Origin: Pelomyxa schiedti
Lineage: Eukaryota > Protista > Evosea
Length of the DNA stretch: 64,000 nt
Assembly: GCA_020536535.1 (NCBI GenBank)
Contig: JAHLWZ010000851.1
Coordinates: 1-64,000, forward strand
Direction: 5' to 3'
In this document: positions 13,525 to 26,777 of the stretch, one piece after another
Layout: each line of letters opens with the position of its first letter
Numbering within the stretch: position 1 is the stretch's first letter
Position numbers and translations under genes: made by a program
Notes under the pieces: generated by a model
Seen by the model: the letters and a program-made list of their open reading frames with translations, nothing else
The model's database searches: none
Told to the model about the DNA's origin: nothing

Positions 13525-14055
13525 AATAGTGGCAGAGTTCCTGCCTGAATTTATTAGACTGGAGTTGCTGAGCCCAAGTGGGTGGGCTGATTTCTTTTTT
13601 TTTTTTTGTGGGGGGAGGTGTTAATGACAGCAGGTCAAGGTAATAAAATCAATGAGAAGGTTGGGGTGTAGGATCAATCAATAGATACCGAGATCTCCAA
13701 CACGCCGGCAGTGGAACAATGCTGTGGTTGCATTGTGGCCAACGCAGACTTCCCGTTATTCCCGTAATTTACTGACCTTGACAGAGGATTTTCGCTTGCG
13801 TTTGTGCTTGGTGGCGGAGGAAAGGGCGTTGCACGGCTCATTTTCTTTTTTGTTTGGGGAAAAAAAACTCAAGTTGAGACGCTGCTGCGCCGAAAAAAAA
13901 AAAAAGTGGTAATTCAGAGGGTATCTGCCACTTGCGTCACCCCAATCATCAATGTAGCGCCAAGGGCGGAGGGCTCTGACCAGTCCAGGTGTGTCGATCT
14001 CCCCTAGGAGTCCGGAAAGGTCCAAGTTGGTGGCAGCAAACAGATCTGGACGAAA

Positions 14056-17000
14056 ATGGAACCAGTCAACAAGAGGGCTCGCACCCCGCGGTGGTCCTCG
14101 TCGTCGTCGGCGAACCCGCCGGCTCCTATTGCAGTCCCGAATCTTGCGGCCCTTCAGACCGCCGCCGCCCATCGCGCTCCGTCTCAGGACCAGAATCAGC
14201 AACACACGCAGGAGGTCACGAACGCAGCCGGCTGCGCGCAGGAGGGAAGGAGAGATGGTGGGCCCGCCGCCGAGGAAATTGATTCCCCGGCGCCTGAGTT
14301 GTCAACGGCGAGTTCGCGCACGACGGAAAGTAGTAGCAGTAGTAGTAGTACAAGAATAAGTGGGAGTGGGAAGATCTCTGCTGGCCCGGCGAGTGCCGTG
14401 ACCACCGGGAGCGACATTGACGTGGATCTTTATAGTAGACAGCTGTATGCCATTGGCGTGGAGGCACAGAAGAAGATGATGTCATCTCGGGTTGTGCTTG
14501 TGGGCTTCACTGCACTTGCTGCCGAAATAGGTTTTCCGCTCACCCTTTTATTGCCGGCAACAATCTAAACGGACCACCAGCAAAGAATTTGGTTCTTATG
14601 GGGGTGCAGGGAGTTACTCTGTACGATTCCGGTTGTGTGGAATTGGGGGACTTGTGCTCTAATGTATGCGAGCGGCATACGAAAACAGCATTTCATTAAA
14701 ATCATTACCAGTTTCTGCTCACTGAGTCCGATATTGGTCGAAAGCGGGGTCAGGTTTGTGCCCAGCGACTGGCTGATCTTAACAACTATGTCTCTGTTTC
14801 CTTCGTTGATAGTTCTTCAGAGACTCTAGAGTCGCTTCTTTCCAATCATCAGGTTTCCTTTCTCGTTCTTGTCTGTGTTGAGGGAAAATTTCACGGTCGT
14901 TATTTGACAGATAGTTGTGGCCACTGGATGTTTCTTGGCTGTAGCTCTGAAAATTAACAAGGTTTGTCGAGCTCATGGGATCAAATTTGTTTGGGCAGAC
15001 ACTCGTGCTTGCTTTTGTTTTGCATTCAACGATTTTGGCCCGGGATTTGCTGTATCAGATAGAACTGGTGAACAACCACATTGTTACAACGTGGCACGGA
15101 TTACTCAGGACAGTTGTGCAACCGTTTCGGTCATTGAGGACCAGGTTGTGGAATTTGAAGAAGGGAGTGGAGCAGTATTTTCTGGAGTAGAAGGAATGGA
15201 AGAAATCAATTTTGATCCCATCAGAAATTCAAAGTCGTATGTCTGTAAAGTCACAGGTCTTTCTATGTTCCAAAGGAAGCCATCCAACATTTTATAGGCC
15301 TGCACGAGATACAAATTGGGGACACTAGTTCTTACCACCCTTACAGCTCTGGTGGTTATATCTCCGAAGTTAAAAAACCTTCCGTGATGGATTTTGTGTG
15401 TCACTCTTCTGCACTTAGTGCCTAATAACTGACTTCGTCGAAAAAGGATTCTCTTGAAGAATCCCTAAAATCACCACGTTTGATAGAGGTAGATTCTTCC
15501 AGGGCAACCAGAAATGCCCAACTTTTTTCTGCGTTCCGGGGCTTGTGGGATTGGGCTGACAGCCATGATGGAACACTTCCTGAATACTTTGACAAGGTCC
15601 GTTGCGCATGCAACGCTCTCTAACTTCACCATATAGAGGCATGCCTCTGAAGTAGCAGAACATGCTAGAAAGTATCAACTTGCAGGAGTGGAAGTAATTC
15701 CTGAACTCAAGCTTTTGTTTAATATTAACACTTGACAGTTCAATGACGATCTCAGCTCCACACTTTCTCACATTTGCCGCGGTGAATTACCCCCACTTGT
15801 TACTTTTCTTGGTGGGGTTGTGTGCCAGGAAGTCATGAAAGCTTGCTCTGGAAAGTACTCACCGATCAATCAAGTAGCGTACCATATGTTATCAATCTTA
15901 CTCTGATATAGTGGCTGCTTTACGATTGTGATGATGTTCTTCCTGGAGGTGGAGATAAACCTTTTGAATTAAGTCCACACTGTCGGTATGAACGTCAGAC
16001 AATGGTGCTAGGAAAAGAAGTTGTGCACGCAATTTTAAATGCCAAGATGTTCCTCGTTGGTGCTGGTGCTATTGGCTGTGAAGTTTTAAAAACGTGGGCA
16101 ATGATGGGTCTTGGTTGTGGCGATAATGGTATCTTTTTCTCACCTTACAAGTTATTACTTATCACCAATAGGAATTGTTCACTTAACTGACATGGATTTG
16201 ATAACTAAATCCAATCTTAGCAGACAATTCTTATTTCGGCCTTCAGATATAGATGTATAGTATGAACTAATTTTTTGTATGCTGACTCTCGTAAATCACA
16301 GAAGCTTAAATCTGAAGTTGCCGCCTCTGCAGCAGTGAAGATGAATGCGTCAATGAAGATCAAACCTTACTCCTCCCGAGTTGGTATTGAAACAGAAAGT
16401 ATGTTATCAAGTTTTATTCTACTGGCAATTCTAAGGAAATCAAGGTACCTTTGATGAAGATTTCTACTCTAGCCTAATTGGTGTCTGCACGGCATTAGAT
16501 AATGTTGCAGCACGTCTTTACATGGACTCTCAGTGTGTGTTATATGGGAAAGCACTCATCGATTCTGGAACTCTTGGAACGAAAGGAAACACCCAAGTTC
16601 GTTTTCTTTCCTTTTATTATCTTTTCGATTCAAAAGTGTCTAGGTTGTGGTGCCTCTCCTCACTGAATCTTATGCATCCTCTCATGATCCCCCTGAGAAA
16701 GGAATTCCGCTTTGCACATTGCATCACTTCCCAAATGTCATCGATCACACAATACAGTGGGCTCGTGATTACTTTGATGGCCTTTTTACTAAGGACCCTC
16801 TTGTTGTGCAATCATATCTCACACAGGCCTCTTATTTAGATGTCAGATGTCCTAATACCTACATTTTTCACCTTACCTTTTCCCAGAATGTGGGGCACCA
16901 ATCTCTCGCCTTGAAAAAAGAAACACTGGAAACACTGAAGACATTACTAGTTACACAAAGGACAAAGAACTTTGTACACTGTGTCAAATGGGCGCGGTTG

Positions 17001-18343
17001 CAGTTCAACCTGATGTTCACTGAAAATATCAAGAATCTTTTATACAATTTTCCTCCCGATTCCCTCACGAATACTGGAGGTAATCTGTCAAACATACCAA
17101 TAATGATGCCTTCCATTAGTTCCATTCTGGCTTGCTCCGAAGAAATGCCCGGCACCCCTTGAATTTGACGTCAATGATTCCACTCATAGGGACTTCATCT
17201 TAGCAGCTGCAAATCTCCGCGCCTTCAATTTTGGCATTCCCTGTAAGTCCACAGCCCCACTTTCATATGTCTTACTGAATGTGTGTAAGCACAAAGCCTC
17301 ACAAAAGGGGAGCTTTCCTCCATTGTTACCGAAGTCATTTTACCTGAGTGGCAGCCTTCAGGAACCATCAAGTTAGACAATACAGAAACTGGAGAAAGCC
17401 ATACTGGTCAATCAGAGCCAACAAATTCTGTCGATCCAGATTTTGATGCTGTTTGCACAACTCTGCAATCAGAAATACCACAACCTTCTGAGTTGAAGAG
17501 CCTAGCCGTTTTACCTTGCGAATTTGAGAAAGTACTATGATTTCCATTTTCGTGGTATTCTTACCTCCTTAGGATGACGATGCCAATTTTCACATGGCAT
17601 TTGTAACTGCAGCATCCAACTTAAGAGCGGCTAACTACAAGATTCCTCCTGCCGATTTTCAACGGACCAAATTAATTGCAGGAAAGATCATTCCAGCCAT
17701 GATATCCACAACTGCCGTTGTAAGCGGGTAAAGCACGCACTTACCTGTCTTCCGATCATGCTAACTCAATTGTTGTACAGATTGCAGTGCATTGAATTGA
17801 TCAAGGTAATCGCTGGAGTCAAGTCCCTCGCCAAGTATCGGAATGCTTTTGTAAACCTTGCACTGCCATTCTTTGCTTTCAGTGAACCCCTGGCGGCACC
17901 ACTAACAGAAGTGCGCAAGGGTTGGTCGTGGTCTATCTGGGAACATATTGACATTAGTGGACTCTCCAATTGCACCTTACTAGAGTTCCTGAATACAATG
18001 AAGGTACCCTTTCCCTTTGTGCTACTAGACACATACCTTCCACCCTCTCACTTTGCATTGCAGGATAAATTCCAGTTAGATGTACAAATGGTCTCCCTTG
18101 GAAATGCCATGCTGTATTCTATGTTTGCCTCTAACCGTGAAAAACTCGGAACCAAGTGCGTGTTCTACGGCCACCTTTGTGGTTGTGTTAATGCTTCCTT
18201 TCAGGATGACAGTTTTGTTTGATAAAATACTGGGACCAGACCCGGCCCGCAAATATGTAATTTTGGGGGTGTCCTGCACCAGGTTGGAGGACGACTTGGA
18301 CGTTGACATCCCCCCAGTATTCTTCTACACCCAGGAGTCCTGA
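14056..18343 (+). CDS. UBA1: Ubiquitin-activating enzyme E1 (Uba1/Uba6 type)
   Basis: [51 protein letters not shown], catalytic [14 protein letters not shown]|[32 protein letters not shown]. Confidence 0.95.
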
Positions 18344-18451
18344 CCCCCTTTTTTAATCTTTCATTCACTACGACAAAAGAAATTAAAATCAAAAAAGCTC
18401 AAAATTTTTAATTTTTCTATTGGGTTTTTTTTTCCCAGCACCAAAATTCAG

Positions 18452-21400
18452 TTACTTACTCCGAGTCACTTGAACTGCCGCTGCCACTCCCACTCCCACT
18501 ACCGCTTCCACTGCCACTGCCATTAGAACCACTGCCTGACCCACTCTTGGAACTTGATTCGGATTCGGAGCCTGAACTGGAATCCACATATTCAGCTGCA
18601 GAATCCTTGAGCTTTTCCTTGGGAGAGTTTGTGAGTTGTTTTGTTTGGGTTGGTTATTTTGTGTTGGGGCAAGGGACACACTTTTTCTTTTTCTGCTTTG
18701 GCTTTGGCGAGTCTTTTGGCGGCCTGTAGCAGTGTTAAATCTAACTGACAATTCCATCAGTACTTTACAACCTCAGGGTCATCACAACAAGTGGGGCACT
18801 GCCAATCCCCGGGTGGAATCCCAGCCAGGCCAATGCATCTAATAGGTGTTAAAATGAAAACGAGGGAGGAAAAGATTAGTTACTTGATGTGGAACACTCG
18901 CGGGCATGTATCACAGCAAAGTAAGTTGCCACCTTTGCCGCAAATCTGGCACTCGCTATCCGATTTTTTATTCAATTCTTCCTCAATTTCTTTCTGGTGA
19001 ATGAATGGTGAGTTAGAGTTCACACAGCTATTGCATACTCGGCAGGGTGGGCATCTCCAAGTAGAAGGAACCGCTTCGATGGGTGGAATTAAGCAAAATA
19101 CGTGGTAGGTCGCTTCGCATCTGTCACACTTGACCATTTTATCTTCATCACTGGATCGTCTGCAAGATTGGCAACGCTAAAACGGGTCAAGGTGAAGAGG
19201 ATATTCCGTCAAGCATACTGTCATCCAAAGGCAGTTTGGTTCAAATTCCCTTAATTCTACAATAAGCTGCCCGGCTGTCTTTGCCTTTGCTAAGGCCTCA
19301 CGCCATTCCTCTCGCACAGATCCTGAGAGCCAATGCTTTCCTACAGATGATTTGGATTCACCGACACATGTCTCGAAGGTTTCCAATAGTGATGCGAGTT
19401 CCTTTATCGTTTCTGCATTGGTTACATGGTCTCGCCACTGTTTTCGAGCGCGGGTCAGTTTATCACTCTGTGACGTCTTCATTCAGTTAGGACAAACTGA
19501 TGGTAATAAGAAATTCACAAACTTCGTCAGCAGAATCTTGATCTGGAATCATAGATGTAAAGAGTGCATTATCTTGCATGGCGTCACTTATTCGAAGAAT
19601 TTGCTGTCTGCAAAGTGGAATGCAATTGCAGGGGAAAAGTTGTATTGGATTCTGTGGTGGGGGTTGTTCTTTGTGAATTGCAGGCATCCCTGTTGGAGTG
19701 AAAAAGGGAATTTTTTTGGGTGCAGCATCACCAGTAATTGTAATTAGATGAAATCTATGAGATGTTATTGCGGGTGAGAATCAACATCGTACAGATCGTC
19801 ATCTGCCATTGCAGCCTTTAAGTGATTCAACTCACGTTTCAACATAGTAGCTAAACCAGCTTCGTCTTTTGAGTTGAGGGATTTCATTAGGTCATCCAAC
19901 TGTTATTTTGTTACACCTTCTAGCATAATAGAACCCACCCCACTAATAGAAAGAAACCATTGTTGGTGATGTGTACATGAACCACTGGTGAATATTTGCC
20001 GCCCACTTTTCAACAAAAAGATACTTGGAATCGAAAATACGATACACGTTCTTCCTATGTTTTGTTAAATGGATTGACTGTACGATATACCATCTGTCAT
20101 AGCCCACAAAATTCGCTCGTAGCATGCTGCTCAACTTCTTCTCCAGTTGGGCTATGTGTACACTCTAACATTGTGACTTTAAGAGAAATACAATACTTAG
20201 AAAGAATACTTGCTCATCGGTGTGGGCTTTTTTTGGAGCGCCAGGAGATTTCTGCAATTGGTGGGATTTGATAGAATGTTAAGGAAAAGTGATTACAGCT
20301 TTGGGGTGCCTGTCCTTTCTTGCCTGGTCAACCATCTGTGTCACATTTTCGATGGTAGTGCGGGCCGATTGCGAACGAGATGCACTATGGCATAAGAGGG
20401 CAACCGCAGGTACTCGCACTGAGGGACCTAAGCCACATCCATCTATTTCCTCAAGTTGTGCAGCTGCAGGCAATGCGCGACCACATAAAACTTTTGGTCC
20501 AAGTTCAGCCGCTGCAAGTTCGACAAACTGTGGCACTTAATTTGTGGAAATAAAGTGGATTTCTACTTGTCTTATTGATTCCCAGAGAGTGATTTGGTCT
20601 GGCTTCTCGGGAATTTCGTTGTACTTGTCACAGTTTAAACTCTCAGATGATTTTCTCTCCTCCAGTGCTATCTGTGAAAAATGAGAAAATTTTAGAACCT
20701 GGCTAGATCATGCCTCAAACAGGGTCCTAAGAATTTGGAAGGACGATTCCAATACCTCTGTTTGTTTTTTTTTTTAAAAGAAAACAGGTTGTAAGTTGTA
20801 ACTCTCCCATTTGGTTGCTACCTTTGGAAGTAGGAGGGCTCAATAATTTCAGTACGTCTACAAGAGTAAACTCTTGTTGAAGTAAGGAGGGTCTACAGAA
20901 TATTTTTAAGGTACATCACAGAAGGAAATTCTTACCCAAAGTTTGAAAGGAAATTCCAAATGAACAACACATCTCCCACCTCTATATCAATGGTAGCACT
21001 AGCTGTGTCATAAGCTACAATTTCAGGGGTACTTGGCCATGATGATGACTGTACTTCTGTGGACACAACAGCACTATTCTGGACTGGAAAGAAGTCTTTC
21101 ATCTTAAACACTTTGGGTAATCTTGTTAACTATACCTGAAATTTTACTTTTGCCTGAAGAGTGCTGTTTTTTTTTTTTTTTGTTTGTTTGTTTGTTTGTT
21201 CATGTTAATGGTTAACGTGCATTGATAGGGAGATACTCTCTTATCTGTATCACTTCCTACATCCTTGCTTTTATGTGAGTGGCTGTGCTTGTTACTAGTT
21301 GAGTCGCCATGTGTGTGTTTATGCTTGTGCTTATGTTCATCAGCGTGGGTTTTTGAGTCCTCCGATATTTTAGGTTTTTTTGGTGAGTGGGTATCATACT

Positions 21401-23154
21401 TCAATGGTGAAGTGGAAGTGGTTGTTGAAGTGGTTGCTGTAGGTGGTGGTGGGTCTATTTTACGTTTGTGAGGAACACGAGGAACACTCACGGCAACATC
21501 ACACAGCTTTGTGAAAGCTGCAAGTGATTGGGCAGAGCATTTGGCACAAAAACATGCACCTACATCCCCCATTAAGGAAATGCCTCCAACAGTGGAAAAC
21601 ATACTCCGACAGCAAGGGCAGTGCTTATCCTCAAGTGATTCTATTGTTTCTCCAAAGAGATTCTGGAGACACCTCTTACACCAGTAACTGAAGATGTCAC
21701 ATTGATTTATCAAGGAAGAAAAGAAATTACCGGGAACAGGAACCACACTTAGAACAGAGACGCTTTAGTAATTTACTTTCCTTCCGATCCACTAGCAAGC
21801 TGTGCCTGGGGACCAATCTTGGTTCGCTAGTTAGAGTATGGTAATCAAGTAGTACAAGTCGACTTGCAGATGTGACATGTCCTTCGTTGCCAGCGAGCTT
21901 CCATTGCTGTAAAAAGGTTGGATTAGCGGCAAAGGCCTACTGGATACCTTTCTCGAAATCTCTAGGGATCGAGTCTGCTTTAGCTTTCTAAGCTATATTA
22001 CTAATATGATGAAGATAAGAAAGCAATACAAGTTGAGCAACAAGATCAGTGGAGTCTTGTGAATGGTCGAACTTTTGGGATATATGCCACAAGATAAACC
22101 TGGAACACGTCATAACATCATCTTCTGTTAAGCCCAACTAGAAAGAAATACTCAGAGAAAACGAAGACTGAGAATTACTTTACTACCTTGTCAGTCACTG
22201 CACTAAATGAGGAACAACCGGATGAGAGGAGATTTTCCACATCGAGGGCTACACTCACTTTTCTAGATTTTCTTACTTAGCTGTTGGCAGTAGTTTAATT
22301 ACTTCAAGTATAAAGAGAACAGCTGCTTGTAGACAGGATGTGGGGTGCACAGAACGTAGTGATTTCCTTTTGATGAGTTGACATGTATTTGAACTGGGGT
22401 CTCTACAGTCATTAATTACAAAGAAATAATTGATTATGTGACCTGAAGTTTTTACTTCATTTCGAAAACACAAGTTAGTCAAAAAATTCAGGAAGGAAGC
22501 ATGGTACCGATTTTCAAGTTCTCAACAAGAAAAGTTGTCCTCTCTTTTATTCCTTGATTAACTAAACTTAACTAATACAGTGGGCTATACTACCAGTAGA
22601 CTTTGGAGTGGACTGTATGATCCCTTTGAAAGTAAGACTCAAATGATGAAGTTGGGTAGATACCAGAACCCAGAATTTTCGCCTCCCAATCGAGAGGGCA
22701 GCACACACCAGTTCTGACTGATTTCCATTAAATAATGTAATTACATATTTGGTGTGGCTTTACCTGCAAAAGCAAAACTGTCTAACTGCAGGAGCTGTGT
22801 ATTGGTAGTACTGCTGGGAGCAACTTCAATCGTTTGAACTTTTTTTTTTTTTTTTTTTTTATCAATACAAGTTGCTGCTATTAACTATAATGCGATTGAT
22901 ACTATGCCCACCATCAAAGAGGTTGATGGTTTCTGCTTTTTCACCAACCGTATCAGCAACAATTCGAGGTTCCCCATCATCATCGTCAACATCAATCACC
23001 TCCTCCTGTAATCTCCAATGTAAGTTCTTTCAAAAAAAAAAAAAAAAAAAAAAAAACCACCGCCCCGGCTGTATCCAAAAGGAAAAACTACAAGACCAAA
23101 AAAAAAAAAAAAAAAAAAACCCAGTACCTCGTGTGTTGATGCGGTCGAAGCCAT
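18452..23154 (-). CDS. Chromatin protein with Cys-rich (zf-4CXXC-like) region, DDT/WHIM-like segments and two PHD fingers (BAZ/ACF1-like); 5' end uncertain
   Basis: YWCKRCLQNLFGE..CPCCR|ACFCAKC; GDVLFIWNFLSNF (DDT-like); VGYDR (WHIM-like); PHD1 CDRCEATYHVFCLIPP..WRCPPC; PHD2 CQICGKGGNLLCCDTCPRVFH..C..GDWQCPTC. Confidence 0.8.
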
Positions 23155-23270
23155 GAGCGGCACTGAAAGAAGAATAAATTGAAAGGGTGGCGATCTGTTG
23201 GCTTTTTTTTTTTTATCGTAAACCAGTCAGTCATGATTTGGGAGACATCTGGGGCGGGGGGCGCCATTTC

Positions 23271-24057
23271 CTACCAATAGCATTCGTCTTCGTTGTCACT
23301 TGTGAAGCGTGGCCGGGAGAAGTGGGGGAAGGATTCAGCGCCGAGATTAGAGCATTCTAAAAGTGCTGCCTTGCATGAGTTCTGTGTTTGGAAGAGTCAG
23401 TTGGAAGTTTGGTGGGGTGGGTGTGGTACATCTCTGCATTTGGTGCACAGTCCTGTCATTACGTGGAACATGCATGGGGGCATACAGGACTGCTGTATAC
23501 AGGTAACATCCTATAGTTGCGTGGTCAAATAGTGGAATTATAATTTGTTTGAGCTTATTTTTTTGGTTTTCGTCCTACTATCCCACTTGAAAGAGGCGGG
23601 AAAATTACCATTGAGAGGCAGGTGATACAAGTGGGTGACAGTGCATGGGTAAAGTTTCTTGTAAGTGACTCATTGATACACTCCATATTTGAGCACACAT
23701 GGAGAGCCAAATTCAGCTTGATGAAGAGTGGATGAGTGATGCTAAACAAAGGCTTTCTAAACACACTGCTGAAGTAAAACCACCAGCATCCACCTTGAGC
23801 AGATATTCTGGGTTGTTTTCAAGGATTAATAAGATTTAATTAAGAGGTAAAAAAAAAGATATAAAATAGAAAGGTGCTTTGGCCAAAACTTCACTACCTC
23901 GGTCCACTTCTGTGCATCCAATCCCCTTTCCATTCGTTTCTCCCATAATGTCATTCTGCACCGGCACGGGCGTAGCCCCAATTCCCTCTTCTTCACAATT
24001 ACTCCACGAAACCGCCACCAAAACCACAACCAACACAGCCGCACATTGACTCTTCAT
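23271..24057 (-). CDS. Small secreted Cys-rich protein (multi-exon)
   Basis: Signal MKSQCAAVLVVVLVAVSWS; spliced exons give CSNMECIN..LSPTCITCLSM|DVTCIQQSCMPPC..LCTKCRD|NSCKAALLECS...ECYW*. Confidence 0.6.
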
Positions 24058-24251
24058 CTGGCTGAATAAAAAAAACACCAGACCGCCGATCCTGAGCGAT
24101 GATAAGGAAAAGTACAGCGTTCCGGTTTGTTGATTATTTTATCCAGCCATCTGGTGGGTGTTGTGTAATTCGTGCGAATTACAGGAAGCAAGCGAAATCA
24201 CCAGTAGCCACTTCATCAAGCCACTGGCAGATCTGTTGCTAAGATAGAGAG

Positions 24252-24705
24252 ATGGCTACGTCCGTTGTGGTTGCTGTGCAGCAACAGGCCAACCAGCCTG
24301 GAGAATGGTTGATGGTTGAGCTTCAAGGTGCGTTGGAATTTGTTGGAGGCGGCGTCTCTGGTGCCGATTTGGAAGTGGCCGTGGCAACAATGACTTACTC
24401 TGTGGACCAAGTTAATATTTGTTCTTTATACTTTTAGCTGGGTTCGCGAGCGAAACTTTTTTTTTTTTTTGTTGGTGTTGTTTGGGGGAGGACTCACGTG
24501 GTGCAAAAAAATGACTCAGACAAAAGCGAGATTGATAATTGGGACTAATGTGCTGGAGGGAACAGTGCAACAACTTGCAAAGCCATTTGCCGTGATTCAG
24601 GCCTCAAAACAGACCTCGGCCACATGGGAAGTGCAGGCATTCATTAAAAAGAAAGTGCTGTTCAATACTCGCCCAAAGCACATTTTGGCACAAACCGGAT
24701 CATAG
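24252..24705 (+). CDS. CTF8: Chromosome transmission fidelity protein 8 (Ctf18-RFC subunit)
   Basis: EWLMVELQGALE, LIIGTNVLEGTVQQLAKPFAVI, IKKKVLFNTRPK. Confidence 0.9.
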
Positions 24706-25341
24706 CCAGTTCTCACTTCCTCAAAGAAGGAACCGAAACTTGGATATTTTCAGTATCATGCACTTGTACCCTTATCTCTGAACGCTAACAATTTGCCAGA
24801 GCATGGAGAAATTCTCTAATGTAAAGCTGTGTCACCCAATGCCATTGCTAAGCTTGTTTGACAAAAAATGCTCGACATACCACAAAGAGGTAGGCCAAAC
24901 CTCAATTCCATTCAAAAAGGGAGAAAACATTTTCTACCTTCCAACCACGTATTCCGAACACTTTTGATTTCGGTTCGTCTCCCTCCAAGAACTACTCGGC
25001 ATAAGGAAATGTAATTTTTTTTTGTTAGCGAAAGTGAACTTTGGGACTTTCTATCTTGGAAGTGCAGATGATCCCAGAACGGGTCACACCATTTTGCATT
25101 TGTTGAAAAGTCGCATTTTTCATCGCCGAGCACTTCAACATCAAAGTTGACCGTCAGAGAAAAAACAAATAAAAGCGACCAACCAAGGATCAATGCTCAA
25201 AAAACATTTCGCGCTGGAGGGCCGTACCAGGGAAAATCACTCTAAATTCAATCGTTTCCCTGGAAAACGAAACCACTATCAAAAATTAAACCACAACAAC
25301 AACAATTGTCCCCCTTGTCTACCAAACAATCAATACCGAAA

Positions 25342-26355
25342 ATGCTCTCTTTCGAAACCCACACACTACTTTCCCACCCAGCTTCCTCGAAAGACATACG
25401 TGCTCCGATAAGCAAGAACGCGCAAGCCTTTAAACCAACAAACGCCTGCTCTTGCTCTTCCCCCTCCTCATCCTCCACCAATTATGGGAATGGCGATACC
25501 AGCTTCGCACAAGGGCTCTCTGAGCTCCTTACGCGTATCGTTGAGGCTTCTCGTAATCAGAGCAATTCCGTAAGTGGAATTCATTACCCTGGGCCTCCCA
25601 AGGGCACAATGACAGTTTTTGACGGGGCCAGGTGCAAGCCGCCATCAATTTCTCTTCAGGACTTTACTGCCAGAATTGAGCGGTACTCTGGGTGCACAAG
25701 GGCTACCGTAATTGCTGCCTTGGTATATTTGGATAGGCTTCTGGTCAAACACCCATTCATTACCTTGACTGAAACTAATGTGCACAGGCTGCTCTGGACT
25801 TGGTATGCTCCATTCCCCGAAATTTTTTTTTTACATTTACTTGGCTTATATTATGCTACTACTCCAATAACAAGCAAACAATTCGCCAACCAAACTCACT
25901 AAATGTACAGCCTTGTTGTGGCTATCAAGAATTTTGAGGACAACTTCTACAGCAACTTGCACTATAGTAAAGTTGGTGGAGTTAGTCTACCAGAAATGAA
26001 CAACTTGGAGATAACTCTTCTCCTTGCACTTGGCTTTGACCTCTTCATTGAATCCAAACAATTTGACCAATATGATGCGGCCTTGGCTGCTTCCTGTGGT
26101 TTGTACCCTCAAAATAAAAAAAAAAACACAAACTACTGTGTACAATAAAACAAACAAACAAACAAACAATAAAAAAAAGTCTCTGACCTGAACCCTTCAG
26201 ACTTCGCAAAGAAAGCCAAGGAAGTTACCACCACACAAGCAACTCCACATCTGGTATCTACTCATACACCCGAGTCAGGTCCCAGATATCAAGTTCGATA
26301 CCAGTATACAGCTTCACCAGTCTCCAGTGGAATTGTGGGACCCACAAGATTGTAG
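25342..26355 (+). CDS. PHO80/cyclin-U (P-type) family cyclin
   Basis: PPSISLQDFTARI, ALVYLDRL, NVHRLL, AIKNFEDNFYSNLHYSKVGGVSLPEMNNLE. Confidence 0.92.
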
Positions 26356-26777
26356 AATCAACTCAGTTGGAGCCCAACACCATGGAATCCTCACACCAGA
26401 ATCACTACACCTGTGTTTCAATTCAACACCCACACAACACTTGTAGGTTCCCCGCTGAAGAGTGGTGGAACGAATCATAACTTATTTGTTGGCCCATCTC
26501 ATAGTCTTCTCTAATCAAAAAAAAAACAAAAACAAAAAAAAAGAATCAGAGTGGTAGTAACGAGTTTTATCAACAGGTGTTTGTTCTGCGATTGCAAACT
26601 TTTGTCATCACATGGCACAGAGCCTTGTGCTGTGGGGAAGTTGATCTGGAATAACAGACCCGAAGTTAGACCCGTTGGCAGGTACAATTATGGTTGAGCT
26701 TCGTCGAATTTCTGGGAATCTCAAAAACAGCGAGATCGCCGAAAAAAAAAAAAAAAAAACCCAACGGTGGCACGCAA

